From Octopus sinensis (lineage: Eukaryota), in NCBI RefSeq assembly GCF_006345805.1, contig NC_043014.1, positions 24,118,001 through 24,182,000 of the forward strand: a stretch of DNA of 64,000 bases, written 5' to 3'. Made by a program: the position numbers and the translations under genes. Below are positions 26,044-39,539 of the stretch, piece after piece. Under the pieces are notes generated by a model. The model was not told where the DNA came from. It worked only from the letters and a program-made list of their open reading frames with translations, and made no database searches. Within the stretch, counting starts at the first letter, position 1; the number at the start of each line of letters is the position of its first letter.

Positions 26044-26460
26044 AGTTGAAATTTTATCAGTGAGTGTGTTAAATTATAAGGCACTAAAAGAGAATGACTC
26101 TACCCAGACACAACAGAATACTAATTATGTGAACAGAAACAGTATTAGATTAAAATATAGCATTCTGTGTATCATATATATGACAGGTTTGCAACCAGTT
26201 TATTAAATTTCACTCATGAAGTATTGGTCAACCTGAATCCATTAAAGTAACTAATTTGTATGATTACTCCTGAATCTACACAACTCCAAAGCAATCTTCT
26301 TAACCACTCAGATGTGCCTCCAGTATGTGTGAAACATTACCATCTTCCTAGATATGCAAGCAGTGCCTAGATGTAGGTCCAACTTCAGCTTTGCAGGTCA
26401 GCAACTAAGCAAAACTCAAGTATTTTCTGGGCCTGAAGTTTTTGTGATAAAGATTTTACA

Positions 26461-26518
<58 letters not shown>

Positions 26519-26519
<1 letters not shown>

Positions 26520-27097
26520 CAATAATAAATCTCTGAACGAGATGTAAACAGTAACCGCTCAACAACGTAAAGTATACTAGCCATCTCAAAATGGCTAACC
26601 ACTAAGGGTGGGTGTTATTGTAGCCTTTAGCCCCAGGAAATCATCGTCTCCAGCTGGCTTTAGGCACACTTTCTGTGACCTTATGATATTTGCAAAGGGA
26701 GGTCATCCCTCTCTCATACTGTAGCTCTTAGCCCCAGAAGATTATCATCTCCAGCTGGCTTTAGGCACACTTTCTGTGCCCTTATGATATTTGCAAAGGG
26801 AGGTCATCCCTCTCTCATACTGTAGCTTTTAGCCCCAGAAGATCATCGTCTCCAGCTGGCTTTAGGCACACTTTCTGTGACCTTATGATATTTGCAAAGG
26901 GAGGTCATCCCTCTGTCATAAACCTAAGTGATACTTAGGTTTACGAGAGAGGGATGACCTCCCTTTGCAAATATCATAAGGTCACAGAAAGTGTGCCTAA
27001 AGCCAGCTGGAGACGATGATCTCCTGGGGCAAAAAGCTACAGTAACACCCACCCTTAGTGGTTAGCTATATTGAGATGGCTAGTATACTTTACGTTA
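26519..27097. repeat. unclassified foldback element: three tandem 101-bp subunits plus inverted arm
   Basis: Subunits start at ~26619, 26720 and 26821. The turn is at AAACCTAAGT-GAT-ACTTAGGTTT (~26920-26943), and the inverted copy runs to 27097. (TA)n on both sides. Same family as 54418-55262. Confidence 0.9.
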
Positions 27098-27234
27098 TAT
27101 ATATATATATGTATGTATATATATATATATGAAGCTTAGGAGACATTGACAGATATACTTACTCAATTCCTATTGAATAAATAGTATAAAAATAAAAGTA
27201 AATGTAATCATTTGATTACAAAGTTGAAACTCAC

Positions 27235-27344
27235 ATCAAAATACTCTTTCTGTTGAACTGATTCGAGTGTGACATGGTGCCAGGCATTGAAAATAGTTTT
27301 ACACAGTTGCAAATCCCAAACATGATCAAGCAGTTGTTGAGCTG
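27235..27344 (-). CDS. FBXL13: FBXL13-like exon (Trp-containing helical region before the F-box)
   Basis: Acceptor cattttacag|cag, donor |gtgagt, 110 nt, phase 1/0. Encodes (T)AQQLLDHVWDLQLCKTIFNAWHHVTLESVQQKEYFD, continuing in frame into RLEKGE. Confidence 0.88.
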
Positions 27345-27459
27345 CTGTAAAATGTAAGACTGAGAAGGATTAGGTCATACCAAATATAACATTGTATAAA
27401 CTAATGTGTTATACACATTAGGTTATACAAGTGACAAATTCACAAGAGCAACAGTCAAC

Positions 27460-28499
27460 AAAATGTGGTGAGGAACTCTGAAGAAGGCAATTAGATATTG
27501 CATTTAGCAAAGAGCTGGTGAGAAAGAGAACTAGATTAGTGAAAGAGTTATTAGTAAACTAGAAGAGACAATTAGAAATGATATCAAGACCAATATGCTA
27601 GCAGCAAGAATGATGCTTGTCCATTTCTACAATATGAAACATGAAGGCTGTGTTGTCATGGCTAGAATTCATGTGCTAAAACAAGAAAGAACAAAAGCTG
27701 TTGATGGGTTTGGATGGTGGAGGCAACAAAGCTACAATTCAGTCTTTAACAGATCAGGATGGGTATGTACTGCACAGTTCCAAGCTAATGTGTATGGCCT
27801 TCCTGCAGCACTTCAGAGAAGGTGATAGAGAATTATGAACTTTAGTGCCTATCTTGATGACCTACCATGACTCTTCGAAGAAGAGTCAAGGAATTGTGAA
27901 AGGCCAACAGCAGCAACTGAAACACGTGAAGTACTGGGTGGTTGTGCAAGGAACACATTGCCTGGTTTGGATCTACCCAATGAGTTTATGGTTATATTCC
28001 AGAGTTGTTTGGTGACCTCTTGACAAATGTCTATCACAACTGGCAGCAAAACAGGAGAATTCCCAGTTCTGTGAGCTGGGGGGAGGTTTAACGTTGCTAA
28101 GAAAGGATGCCAAAAAATGGGGATATTATAAACAATTTCCAGCCCATAACCTTGCTAAATGTAGAGTTTAAAATTTTGACTAAAGTTTTAGCAAAGATGT
28201 CAGCTCTCATCATAGATGGTTTGGTTGGAGAATTGCAAATGTGTACGGTCTCCACTAGATCCATCTATGACAACCTCTACTTCATGCTTTACATCGTAGA
28301 AGGAATGGATAAAAAATCTGGTATTGATGGGGCCCTGATCAGTTTGAACCAGTCTTGGTAGTAGTCCTAAAAGCAGCCAGTTTTTTACCCATTTTCAGTG
28401 GCTGAATCACAGCAAAGCACAGTGGTGCTTGCTCCATAGTCAGAGTTAGCTGCTACCTCATGGAACCATTTCACATTGTGTGCTCAATCCATCAGGAGT

Positions 28500-28553
<54 letters not shown>

Positions 28554-29930
28554 AAATCTCCTGACATTCCAGCATTTGCTGTAGAATCTAGAACTGGGAT
28601 GTAGGAGAGCTGTGTCAGTATATTCAGATAATATTACCATAATCCTGTTAGACATCATACAAGGAATTTGAGATAAAACAGGAGCAAAGATTAAGCCAAA
28701 CAAGTCAGTAGGCTTGCAGCTCAGCACCTGGAGAAGCAAGTCTATGCCAATGAACAGCATAACAGGTCAACGAACAGACAGATCAATGAAGTTGTTTGGG
28801 ATTTGATTTTGCCAAGAACTCAGGTAAACAAGAACTCAGATGAGGTTAAAATCAGGTGGCCAATCTTATTCAGAAATGGGCTGAGAGGAAATTCTCTCTG
28901 AAAGGTGAAGCAGAGGTGGTTAATGCCTACATTGCCTCCCTAATAACTTATCACCTAACTGTTGTGCTTGGCTCCAGTCCATGTGTGGCCAGACTGGAGC
29001 ATTTACTTTTCTGCTTCCTGGAAGATGGTCCTTCTGTTACCAGTGTCCTCTGGAAGGTAGGCTTCACAAGCCATGACTGTTGGTGCACAGATACATGCTG
29101 CAGTGATGCCACTTACAAATTTTCCTTGATAGTGAGCCAGTGTGAGCTATGTATTTGAGACACACTTTTCCACAGCTCAAATCTTTGGTGGAGCTACAGT
29201 CCTGGTTAAGAAAAGACCAAGCTTGGGTAACTGGTACCTAGAATGCAATCACTGCCCTCTACCAGTCAGACAATGCAGTCAATGTAAGTTCTGTATTAGT
29301 AATATATATAAGTCTACTGGTGGGTAGGAGTTATAATATTTTTGAGAATATTCTAAACTCCAACAAAGCTGAACTAGCTGATCTGTTTCAGAAGACTTTT
29401 AGGCTTGGTACTATCATGTATAACTTCCAGAAATCCTTGGTCTGGCAGCACTACCGAGGAGTACTGGTTCGAGATAAACCCTTCATGCACAGAGGTACAA
29501 TCAGGTGAGATAGTTTGAGATGAATACAAAGCAACAAATCCCAACCACATGCACTCGTACAATGTCCAAATATTGACCTGTGAAGTTATGTCAAACAGCT
29601 GTTATTGCATGGGGAACAAATCCAACTATTGGCTGAATCCATTGTGGGGATTGCCTCACCACCCACCTTTAACAAGGTAAAGCAGGTGATGATCCTCTGT
29701 TTAGTGGCTATGGTGAAAGAGGTGAGGTGGACGAGGCTGAAAGAATTGTGGAAAGACACCTTCTCCTTTGGTCAAGCTCTCATCAACTTTTTAAAGTTCC
29801 ACTTTGAAGGTTGAGAGGGAAGCACTACTTCCCAGTGAGCCTGTGAAAAGATGGGTAACTGTCATAAAAAGGGTTTGGGTTAATGGCCTTATTGTAAGCA
29901 TGCTTCTGCTTTGACTGGAGAAAAACAGTT
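27460..29930 (+). mobile_element. Tx1/L1-like LINE, highly decayed
   Basis: PGLDLPNEF (~27960), NNFQPITLLNVEFKILTKVLA (28130-28190), KFSLKGEAEVVNAYI (~28890) and a C-terminal LVWQHYRG.L.VRDK, all homologous to the 49.9-52.8-kb element. Interrupted by (CT)n. Confidence 0.82.
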
Positions 29931-30780
29931 GAGTGAGGGATCACGCCTATGATGGTCAGGGTAATCCTGGATCTTTGGGGTTCCTTAACTTGCTCTGTTT
30001 GGATTTTCTACTGTATCAGGACTGCATCGTTCATGTTATCACATACTTTGTGTACTATGTATGCTTTTATCTCATTTTACCATTTTTTCCAGTTCTTTCT
30101 TCTCAACTTTTATGTACATACCACCCCCACCAATACACACATACATACACACACAAATTGTGGACTGTTCTTGTGATGACTACCCATCAATACTCTTGTG
30201 GCCAATAAAGGAAATCATCATTATTATCATTATAATGATGAAGAAGAAAGAGGAAAAGCAGAAGAAACCAAGATGAAACCAAGAAACCAAGAAGTACATA
30301 CATGCACCTAGTCTTTGGAAGCAGCAGCCTCCACAGCCTCCAACCAATTCCTGCCTTGAAAGTAAACAGATGATGATGCAGTAGAGGATGAGGGGAAGAG
30401 GAGTGCTAACATGGGCAATAATACATGAGGTTGCAAACACAACTCAGATTATGTTTGGTGAATTTTCATTGTCCTAAGTTCAAATTCTATTAAGTTCAAC
30501 ATTGCTTTTAATAATTTTAGGGTTAATTACACAGGCATGAGGTGGTGCACACTCATTCATTGTCATTCAATCAAATGTATAAAACTGGCCATTAATGAAT
30601 GGGATTTCTTTGTTCTACAGTTAGTATTTCCATTGGTTGTCAACATTGTATGAATCTAATGTGCTGCTATTCCTAACAAATTCTATTTCAGAAATAATTT
30701 TCCAAGGTTTCCACTATTCTAAAGAGATTACTGTCGAATTAAGTTTTGGCATTTTATTTTGTTCCAAGAAACTTTCTTAC

Positions 30781-30814
30781 TTGCATATCGGTCCACTATC
30801 TGCTGTGTCCATTC
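30781..30814 (-). CDS. FBXL13: FBXL13-like 34-nt micro-exon
   Basis: Acceptor tttttatattttctttaccactgcag|, donor |gtaaga. Encodes EWTQQIVDRYA plus 1 nt; phases 0/1 fit both neighbouring exons. Confidence 0.8.
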
Positions 30815-30908
30815 CTGCAGTGGTAAAGAAAATATAAAAACAAATATTTAATAGCTCACAGTAAATTTCAAAAGTCACAACCTCTATCTCTCTCTCTCTC
30901 TCTCTCTA

Positions 30909-30952
<44 letters not shown>

Positions 30953-32644
30953 TTTGAAAGTTCTACATGTGAACTTCCTTCTCATATACTTTTGATCAAA
31001 ATCTGACACTTACATATGATGCCCAGTTTTCGCAATCACCCTGGTGTTTCCACCCTTTCACAAAGTTTGTTTTATTTTTGTTTTTTACTATTGAATACTA
31101 GCCTTCATTCAAATTCAATGCGCTGGAGCACTGTAACTCAATTTGTGTTGAAAATGATAGTCATGAAGAAGATTGTTTTTGCTTTACATTAATATAAAAA
31201 TCGATGGGTTAGGTCAGATAATTGTTACAAAATATAAAGGGAAGATTTTATCTTGAATTTTCACTTAAAAAAGAACATATTTTCTTCAAGAAAGAAAAAT
31301 TTCTCAAGAATTCAAATTTTGCAGCAGGATGGCAACAAAGCACAAAGCCAATAAAAAGGGTACTGTTATGACTGCTCATATAGGATTAATGCCTACTGAC
31401 TCTACTTGTTAAACTGATATATTCTTGTATAGTGAGAGCTAAATGGAACGTGAGTCCAAGGCTTCAAATATTGAATTTGAACCAGAATTTCAAGAAATGG
31501 ATGAATTAATTACTAAGTAAACATATACTTCTATGAAACAATGTACTAAATTCAACTCCATAAGTTTTCTAGAGCCCAAAATTAGCATGGAATCATTGTA
31601 TTGAAAATGTTTATTCCCGCTTGCTGTTTTAACAGTGAGAGGGAATTACATGTACAAGAATATCCTAGCAGATATTTCATTTTTCTTTGAGGTACATTTG
31701 TCAAATTTTACCAATGAAAATTATACTGTGCAATGATCATTTTGTAGACTATAAAAGTCTGATGTGATGTTTTGTTTGTTTCCTTGATTTTGAATACAGT
31801 CAGATTATTTGTGGTAGTATTTACATTTTCACAAGTAGTGCTCATTCATTTTAGGTTTTATTTTTTCTCACCTACTCACGAGTTTACTGTAAGTTAGAGA
31901 TGTTTTTAATGCCAAAGCAAGGAATTAGTTATCACATTTTGTTTGTTTTTTAATCTATGCAATTCTGAGAAAGGTACCAGGTGGTCGTGGGATGTGCAAG
32001 AAAAACAACTAAATCTCCCTTAAATAACACACTTTTTCATCTGCAAATAGAAGAATAAACTCTTCACCCATCATTTTTAAGCATGTAGTGCAAAAAATTG
32101 TCCAAAATTTGTCTGCAGGGGGTGAAGGGGAGTGGAAAAAAACGATTTTCCAAAATTTTGTTCATAAAAAGCTCCCCATCCCCATAATTCCCAAGGTTGT
32201 GGTAAAAAAAACTGGAAGAATCCCTGTCAAAATGGAGAAAATCCAATATATAGGGGCATCCTGATCCAAAACTCCATCACTTTTAATAGTCCATTAAAAT
32301 TTTATAGAAATGGTATCATGTCTCAACATTTCAGGATTTATTTAGTTATATACCCATTACAAATGTACCAAAACTCAAGTCCTTGTGGCTTTTAGTTTTG
32401 GGTTTAGCTAGGTCTGAAAACACTGCAAAATTGACCATTTGTTAGGCATTACATAAATATTTAAAACATTACCAAAAAAAAAAGTTTCATTTTCAAGAAC
32501 CCTAAAAAAAGTAGGCAACTCCTGTATCATAGACACTATTAGTTTGTGTAATTTGTTGATGATTATCACCTCAGTTTCAAAGATATGACATCACAAATAT
32601 GACTAATTATTCAGTTCAGCCAACTGGGCAAGATTTCAATCAAT

Positions 32645-32940
32645 TTGCTGGTGAATCTAGCCGAGTTAACAGCTCCTCATGAAGATAACATGGATGCTAC
32701 TCAGGTTCGAAAGATTGAGTTATGTAAACCTGTAAACCTCCTCGAGGAATGTGAAGACACAGGCTCGAAAGCAGAGCATTTTCCAATCGAAGTCAGATGT
32801 AGAGGATTCGTGGGACACAGTGTGAGGCAACTGTTGTTATTGTTAGGCCTAATTCATCATAAAGTAAATACCACCATGAAGGATACCCTAACTACAGTGG
32901 AAAAGGCTAGCCACTGAATTTGGTTAAAAAGAAATGATGG
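32645..32940 (+). mobile_element. C-terminal restriction-like endonuclease fragment of a Hero/NeSL-type non-LTR element
   Basis: ELTAPHEDNM...RK...EEC...PIEVRCRGFVGHS...EKASH*IWLK resembles the ELTVPWE/PIEVGCRGF/SRWLW signature. Confidence 0.7.
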
Positions 32941-33539
32941 GCAGCTGCTAGAAGAATATTGAGATTTATTTGATAACCAGTTGATCTAGCAAGTGGGGTC
33001 TCATATCAGTGAGAGTGGGGGCGTGCACAATGATGCCTTTGAGAGGTAGGCCCCAAAACTGTGTGCATTCTCTCCTGATGGCTCCCATACAACTTGCTGG
33101 AGCTTTTGACTGGTAGCACTTGATGTGCAAGTTGTTTGCAAAACATATATCCCCTAAAATATTCATCCAAATTTCACAAATGATATATCAAAATGTTTCT
33201 TTTTGGAGGCTCTCCAAGAAAAAGTATGATATAAGTTAGGTTTAAATATTTTCAAAAATTCATAGCAATTTCTTTTCTAATTCTGTTACAGATTATTGCA
33301 ATGAAAGTGAGATCATTACTCTTGCAAAACCCCACCCACTACCACTTCTCCTCCACCTCATCCCTACCATCATTCCTCTGGAGACACCACCAGTTCATTC
33401 TCACTCTCTCTCCTAAATGTAGCTGTTCATATACAGGCATCATACAATGTGCCTTTCATTCTGAGGGAGAGGCTCTTTGTTAGAGGTAATAGCTCTATGA
33501 ACTTTGGCCAGCCTATACTTATTCTAGTGGCTATGCTTT

Positions 33540-35115
33540 CAGAATAACCACCACTGCTAAACTTGGTCACCTAAGTAACAAAAACTGTCTACTACTTCTA
33601 GGGGTCCCCCTGGCATATGAGGGAGTCTATTTTTTGTACATTCCTGGTGTTTAATGTACCTGTACATTTTCCACATGTAAAGACTACTTTCTCAGTTAGT
33701 CTTCCAGTGATGCCACTGCACCTCTTATGTGTCCATAGCCTGCACTAGGTACACCATATGGAGTTTCCCCAACACTTTTTCTACATATTAAGCAAGGCTT
33801 TCTCCTTGAAGGGAGCTGTGACTTGTCTGTTTTCTTACTTATTAGGACTTTGGTCTTTACTAAATTAAATCTAAGGCCATTTGATTCCAGGCCTAGCTTC
33901 CACACCTGAAATTTCTTCTCTAGTTCTGGTAGTGATTTAGCAATAAGGGTTCATCAATATAGAGTAACTCTGAAGGGCAGCCTGTCTTGAATTCCTCTGT
34001 TATAGTTTGGAGGATTATGATAAACCAAAGAGGGCTGAGAACCAATCCCTGGTGGACTCCTATTTGTACCCTAAATTCCTTGCTATTCTCATTGGTGAGT
34101 TTCACCTTACTTACAGCATCCCTGTATATGGCTTTTACAGCTCTCACTAACCACTCATCTATCCCTAGCTTCCTCACTGCCCATCAGATAAGGGAGCAGG
34201 GAACCCTGTCAAAGGCTTTCTCCATGTCAACAAACACCAAATACAGAGGTTTGTTTTTGGCTAAGTATTTCTCCTACATTTGCCTCACCAGGAATATGGC
34301 ATTGGTGGTGTTTCTCCCTGGCATCTTATCTAGACTCACTCTCTTACTAATTGATTGAGCTATGACCCTTTCTGTAACTTTCATCACATGTTCCAGCAAT
34401 TTGATGCTTCTGTAATTATTTCTGTATAAGGCATCATTTTTGTCTTTCTAGCAGTTGACTATAATGCTGCTACACCAACCCTTGGGAATGACTCCTTCAT
34501 GGACAACCTGCTTAACTATATGGGTGACTATGTCACATCTCACTCTGCCAGATATTTTAAGTGTCTAAATGGTGATTCCTGATGGGCTAGGAGCTTTCCA
34601 TGTCCTTAATTGATCTATCTACTAAGCTACAGTCGATTTGGATTGCCATCCCCTCTGCTGGATCCACATTAGGCAGACTGTCCTTCCATGTGTTCTCTAC
34701 ATTTAGCAGTTTTTCATAGTGGCACTTCCAAGCCTCTTTCTTTGCAGAATCACTTACTGCAAGTGAACCATCATCCATGCAAATGCACTTCTCTCTTTTA
34801 TATCATCACATTTTTCTCTGACATGCTGTCTTGCAATTTAAAACACTTTAAGCTTCTGGTCCTCACGTTGCAAAACATTGGCAAACTTCCTCCTTTCTGC
34901 TTCTCTCCTGGCTAAGTATACTTGTCTTCTAGCCTCAATCCTAGCTACCTGATATAGTTCTTTGCTATCACCATTCTTCCAGTCTTTTCAGACCTGTTTC
35001 TTTGCTCTAATGGCTTTGTCTACAACATCATTCCACCATCATGCCACCTTAGGTTTGATTGAGACTTTGCACTAGGTACAGATTTGATCTGTGGTACTCA
35101 GCAAGCTGTCCCATA
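33540..35115 (-). mobile_element. RTE LINE internal fragment, older and decayed
   Basis: ORFs 34587-34778, 33920-34177 and 33696-33905 align by eye with the RTE RT region (MRKLGIDEWLVRAV, GVHQG.VLSP). Many lesions. Confidence 0.88.
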
Positions 35116-35149
35116 GGAACTCTCAATTGCCCATATATATATATATATA

Positions 35150-36710
35150 GGGAGAATTCACAAAAAAAACAAAAGATGAAGACAGGTGATGTAGACAACA
35201 AACAGATGTATTAGTATAATGCTCGGGAAGTGAAAAAGTCTTTAACATTTTGAGCCTATGCTCTTCCACAGAAAGGAACGCAGAAAGAAACAAGGAGAAA
35301 AAATAAAGAATGTGTAGTGGCTAGCGACCTATCATGGCGAATGCGAGAGGCGTCACACAGGAGAGCTAGGAAGAAGGGGAGATAATAAAGTAGTGGTGAT
35401 CCCAAAATGAAGGTGCACGTGCAGACCTTGACATGTGCATATGCTTATGTGTAGGTGTGTGGATGTGGGGCTGGGAAATGGTCAGTGCTAGTGTGTGCAT
35501 GGTGGTGTGATGCGATGTGGTATGGTGGTGTATGGTGTAGTGGTGTGTGGTGTGATGGTTTTGGGAGGTGGGGGAGGCGAAAGTGGAAAAAGCAAGTGTG
35601 GGGTGTGGGTATGTGGGAGTGGGTGTAAGGGATGGAGTGGAGTGGGATGGGATAGATAGGGAAGGTGGGGTTGGATTGTGTAGGGGTAGGGTGGGGTTAC
35701 GAGGGAGGGGTGATGATGAAGGGGAAGGGAGAAGGTGGGTAGGAGTGAAGAGAAGAGAGGAGAGTAGGAGTGAAGAGAAGTAGGAGTTGGAGCAAGAGCG
35801 GAGAGGTAGGTGGGAGGAAGTAGGTGTGAGGGGGAGAGAGGAAAGGAGAGGAGGTTAGATGAAGAAGGGAGGAGAGTTGAGCTCATGTAGTGCAAAGAAG
35901 CAAAGTGAGAAGATTAATCTCTGTTCATGGCGCAAACAGGAGTCTGGATGGCCTCTGTGAAAGGACAATCTGAACACAGACAGGTGTTGCAATGAGTGAC
36001 TGGTAGAGTGGAAATGGCGTGAGACTGGGGTGTCATTGCTGAGTCGGATATCTCGGAGGTATTCCGCGAATCAGTCAGTTAAGTGGCGTCCTGTTTGCCA
36101 GATGTATAGAGAAGGGCAGAGAGAGGAGATGCAGTAGATGACATTGGTAGAAGTGCAGGTGAAGGAGTCAGTGATGTGATAGGGTGATGGGTGATGGTGA
36201 GGAGGGTGGTGTTGGAGAGGTAAGGTCAAGTGGAACAGCGTGAGCGAGAGCAGGGGAACGAGCCGGGTCTGGAGGTTGGGTTAGGGAAGAAGCTGTGGTC
36301 TCATAGATTGTGGGCTCATTTGAAGGAGGGGATGGGGGTAGGGAAGATCTGTGAAGTGGAGGGGTCGGACTGGAGTTGCCGGAAGGCTCGGAGAATGGTG
36401 CGTTGGAGAGGTAGGGTGGTAGGTGACGGGAAATGGGAGACTGCGGGGCGGGTCTGGGGGAAGAGAGCAGATGCATGATCCATGCTCTGGCAAGGGCAGT
36501 GTGGATAGTGGTGAGGGGATATCCATGTAGGATGAAGTGGCGAGCCATGAGTTGAGACTGAGTCTCAAAGTCATGGTCGTCACTACAGAACCTGCGTAGG
36601 CGGATGAATTGGGAATAGGGGATGGAAAGCTTGGTGTGTTTAGGGTGGGAGGAGAAGTTGAGGCATGAGTGTGAGTGTGTATTTGTAGTGGATGGAGGTG
36701 GTGAGAATAT
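35150..36710 (-). mobile_element. Penelope-like element (Neptune-like) 3' part: RT C-terminal domain, GIY-YIG, pLTR remnant
   Basis: HSCLNFSSHPKHTKLSIPYSQFIRLRRFCSD; FTCTSTNVIYCIS..CPSLYIWQTGR.L.D.FAEYLRD (~36060-36165); and a degenerate minimal hammerhead at 35240-35274 (CTGTGGA-AGAGC-atag-GCTC-AAAA-tgtta-aag). Confidence 0.88.
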
Positions 36711-37778
36711 ATATATATATATCTGACACATGCAACTTTTGCCTTTAAGAAGTATTGTGCATACTGCTAAGTAATAGGAACCTGGTAAACAAGCATGCAG
36801 AGAAAATTCCAAGATGATCCCATCATGCCAAATATGCATTTTCAAGATTAGACATCATGAAATAATAATGATTCAGGGAGCTCCCCCCCTCTTCTTTTCC
36901 ACCCCACCTAAGTGTCTGTTCATAGCAGTGCATCTCTCTTTCTTTATATATGTATGGTTGCTCGGCTGTACCCCTCTCTCTATACAAATATATATTTTTA
37001 TGTAATCTCATGACCCAGCACTGTCAAATGACATTATTATTATAACTAATAATACTTCAGTAACCTCCCACCCTCCCCTTCTCATTCCCACCACCACCAA
37101 ACACTACCTATGGATGCCCACCCGCATGTCTACAGTCCATGAATATTTACTTGCTTGTGTAGATATATATTAGGTCATTAGTATGAAATTTGTAGAAAAG
37201 GAAAAAACATTTGCTAATGTTTTATAATACTAATTAATTCCAGATCTGAAACTTTTAGCACATGCAAGCACATAGACAAACTTCTTTTGTCAAACTGGAG
37301 GACACTATCCTCACTGAACTGAGTACAGATTTTGGCCTCTGTTATATTATTCTACACCAGCTAGATTAATTACCATGCCTACAAACAAAGGCAACCGTCT
37401 AAGTCTACTTTTTGCATCAACCATCTTTTCATTTTTCTTCCCAATTTTTTCTCATATTTTCTCATACACCAGTGTCCTGGTTTTCAGATAGATCTAATGG
37501 CATGTACTGACCCTGAAGGATTGCTTGGAGACACACAGCATCTTATATAAATCTGCTGAATTATTTTATCTCTACATTTAGTATTAGTAGCTCTTTTTAA
37601 AATTCTGTGTGTATTAAATGATATTTATCTTTCACTGAATGGAATACTTTTTTGTTGATCATACCTACAGGGAAACAGTAAATTGTGTGTGTGTGTGTGT
37701 GTGTGTAGTGTGTGTATGTATGTATGTATGTATGTAAGTATGTATGTGCATGCATGCATTTATTATGTCTTACTGTAC

Positions 37779-38076
37779 AGCACCTTGGGCAGGAATCTTC
37801 TACTATACCCTTGGGCCAACTAATACATTGTGAATAAATTTGGTAGACAGAAACTGTGTGGAAACCTGTTGTGTGTATGTGTGTGTGTATGTCCTTCATT
37901 TTCCCCAACTTGTGTTGGGTTGCTTATGTCCCTGTAACCTAGTGATTTGGCAATAAAAACAGATAGAATAAGTACAACACTTAAGAAATAAGTACTGGTG
38001 TTGATCTATTTTACTAAAACCCTGCAAAATGGTGCCACAACATACCTGCAGTCCAATGACTGAATCAAGTTAAAAG
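37779..38076 (+). mobile_element. tRNA-derived SINE, 5'-truncated and decayed
   Basis: CACCTTGGGCAGG..TCTTCTACTATA, central AATAAGTAC segment and tail AATGACTGAATCAAGTTAAAAG, matching the 10.6-11.0-kb family. Confidence 0.7.
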
Positions 38077-38379
38077 TACGTACGCACACATGTGCGTACG
38101 CACACACGTACATATGTATGTACATACGTATGTGTGCGTGTGGGTGATTATGCATGTATATGTATATATGTGTGTATGGGTGTTCATGTGTGTGTGTGTG
38201 TCACTTTTCAGAGAGGCATTATGTGTCTCTGAAAACTGCTAAGCTACAAGCAGTGATGTGACTGTCATTTCCTTTATGAACAAATTCTTCTGGCTTTGTG
38301 CCAGTAGACAGTTTGTGGTACAAGAGAGCCATTATTTGATGAACAAGTAAAAGTTAACAACAGCTGTAAAACAAAACCT

Positions 38380-38424
<45 letters not shown>

Positions 38425-38602
38425 ATAATAAATATTAGGGAATAGATCCAAATTTACAGGAAAAAATCAGATTTAGGATTGAATCCAATTTTATAGTAAA
38501 ATATGTGGATATCTTAATTATATTTAATTTATATAAAATTTTTTATGTATTGGATTAAGTCTTTCTTTGTTTGATTTGCATAATAGTGGTTTTGTCTCTA
38601 AT

Positions 38603-38710
<108 letters not shown>

Positions 38711-38930
38711 CACATGCTAACATTGGAAAATGAACATAAAAATGATGAATAAATAAATGAAATAAATATTGTTTATATATTAAGTAATATCTCCCAAATT
38801 ATTTGTGAATACCCACCCATTAATGAAAAATGTGACCACTGAAGTCTAAAATCCATTCTTGAAACCCACTCAAGAATGGATAAAGTACAAATTCAAAATA
38901 ATGATAATAATAAAAGTGATAATCTCTTAC

Positions 38931-39051
38931 TTTCCAAGCAAAGAAAGCAGTGTAAACAAATTTGTATTGGCGTTGAGTTTGTATTCTTAAAACTTTTGCA
39001 ATCACACCTTCCTTCTTTTCTTTGCATGCAGTCCAGTTTGACATAAAGGCA
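38931..39051 (-). CDS. FBXL13: FBXL13-like exon; most 5' exon found
   Basis: Acceptor tcctgtttttgcaattttag|, donor |gtaaga, 121 nt, phase 2/0. Encodes AFMSNWTACKEKKEGVIAKVLRIQTQRQYKFVYTAFFAWK, similar in pattern to the FBXL13 N-terminal F..W...LRIQ......W segment. Confidence 0.85.
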
Positions 39052-39102
39052 CTAAAATTGCAAAAACAGGAAGAATATAACACATGGAAAGTATGTGATG
39101 TG

Positions 39103-39133
<31 letters not shown>

Positions 39134-39355
39134 TGTGTGTGTTTGTGTGTGCATGTGAGTAAAATGAACAATTTGTCTTTCAGTTATCTTCAACTTGTAT
39201 TTAGTGCTCTTTAAATTTCAGGTCCCCAAGAACTTGGGTTTATGAATTTTGTTTTACACACACACATGCACATACATATAATATATATACATATATATAT
39301 ATATATATCATATATATATATATATATACATATATAATATATATATATTACATTA

Positions 39356-39481
<126 letters not shown>

Positions 39482-39539
39482 ACTATTAATAAAAGAAATA
39501 AAACATATGCATATATATAAACATATATGTACGTACCTA

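Noticed and set aside
35400-35900. Pro/His-rich ORF and G-rich potential quadruplex tract
   Set aside because: Low-complexity purine/pyrimidine-biased 3' region of the PLE remnant; no evidence for independent function.
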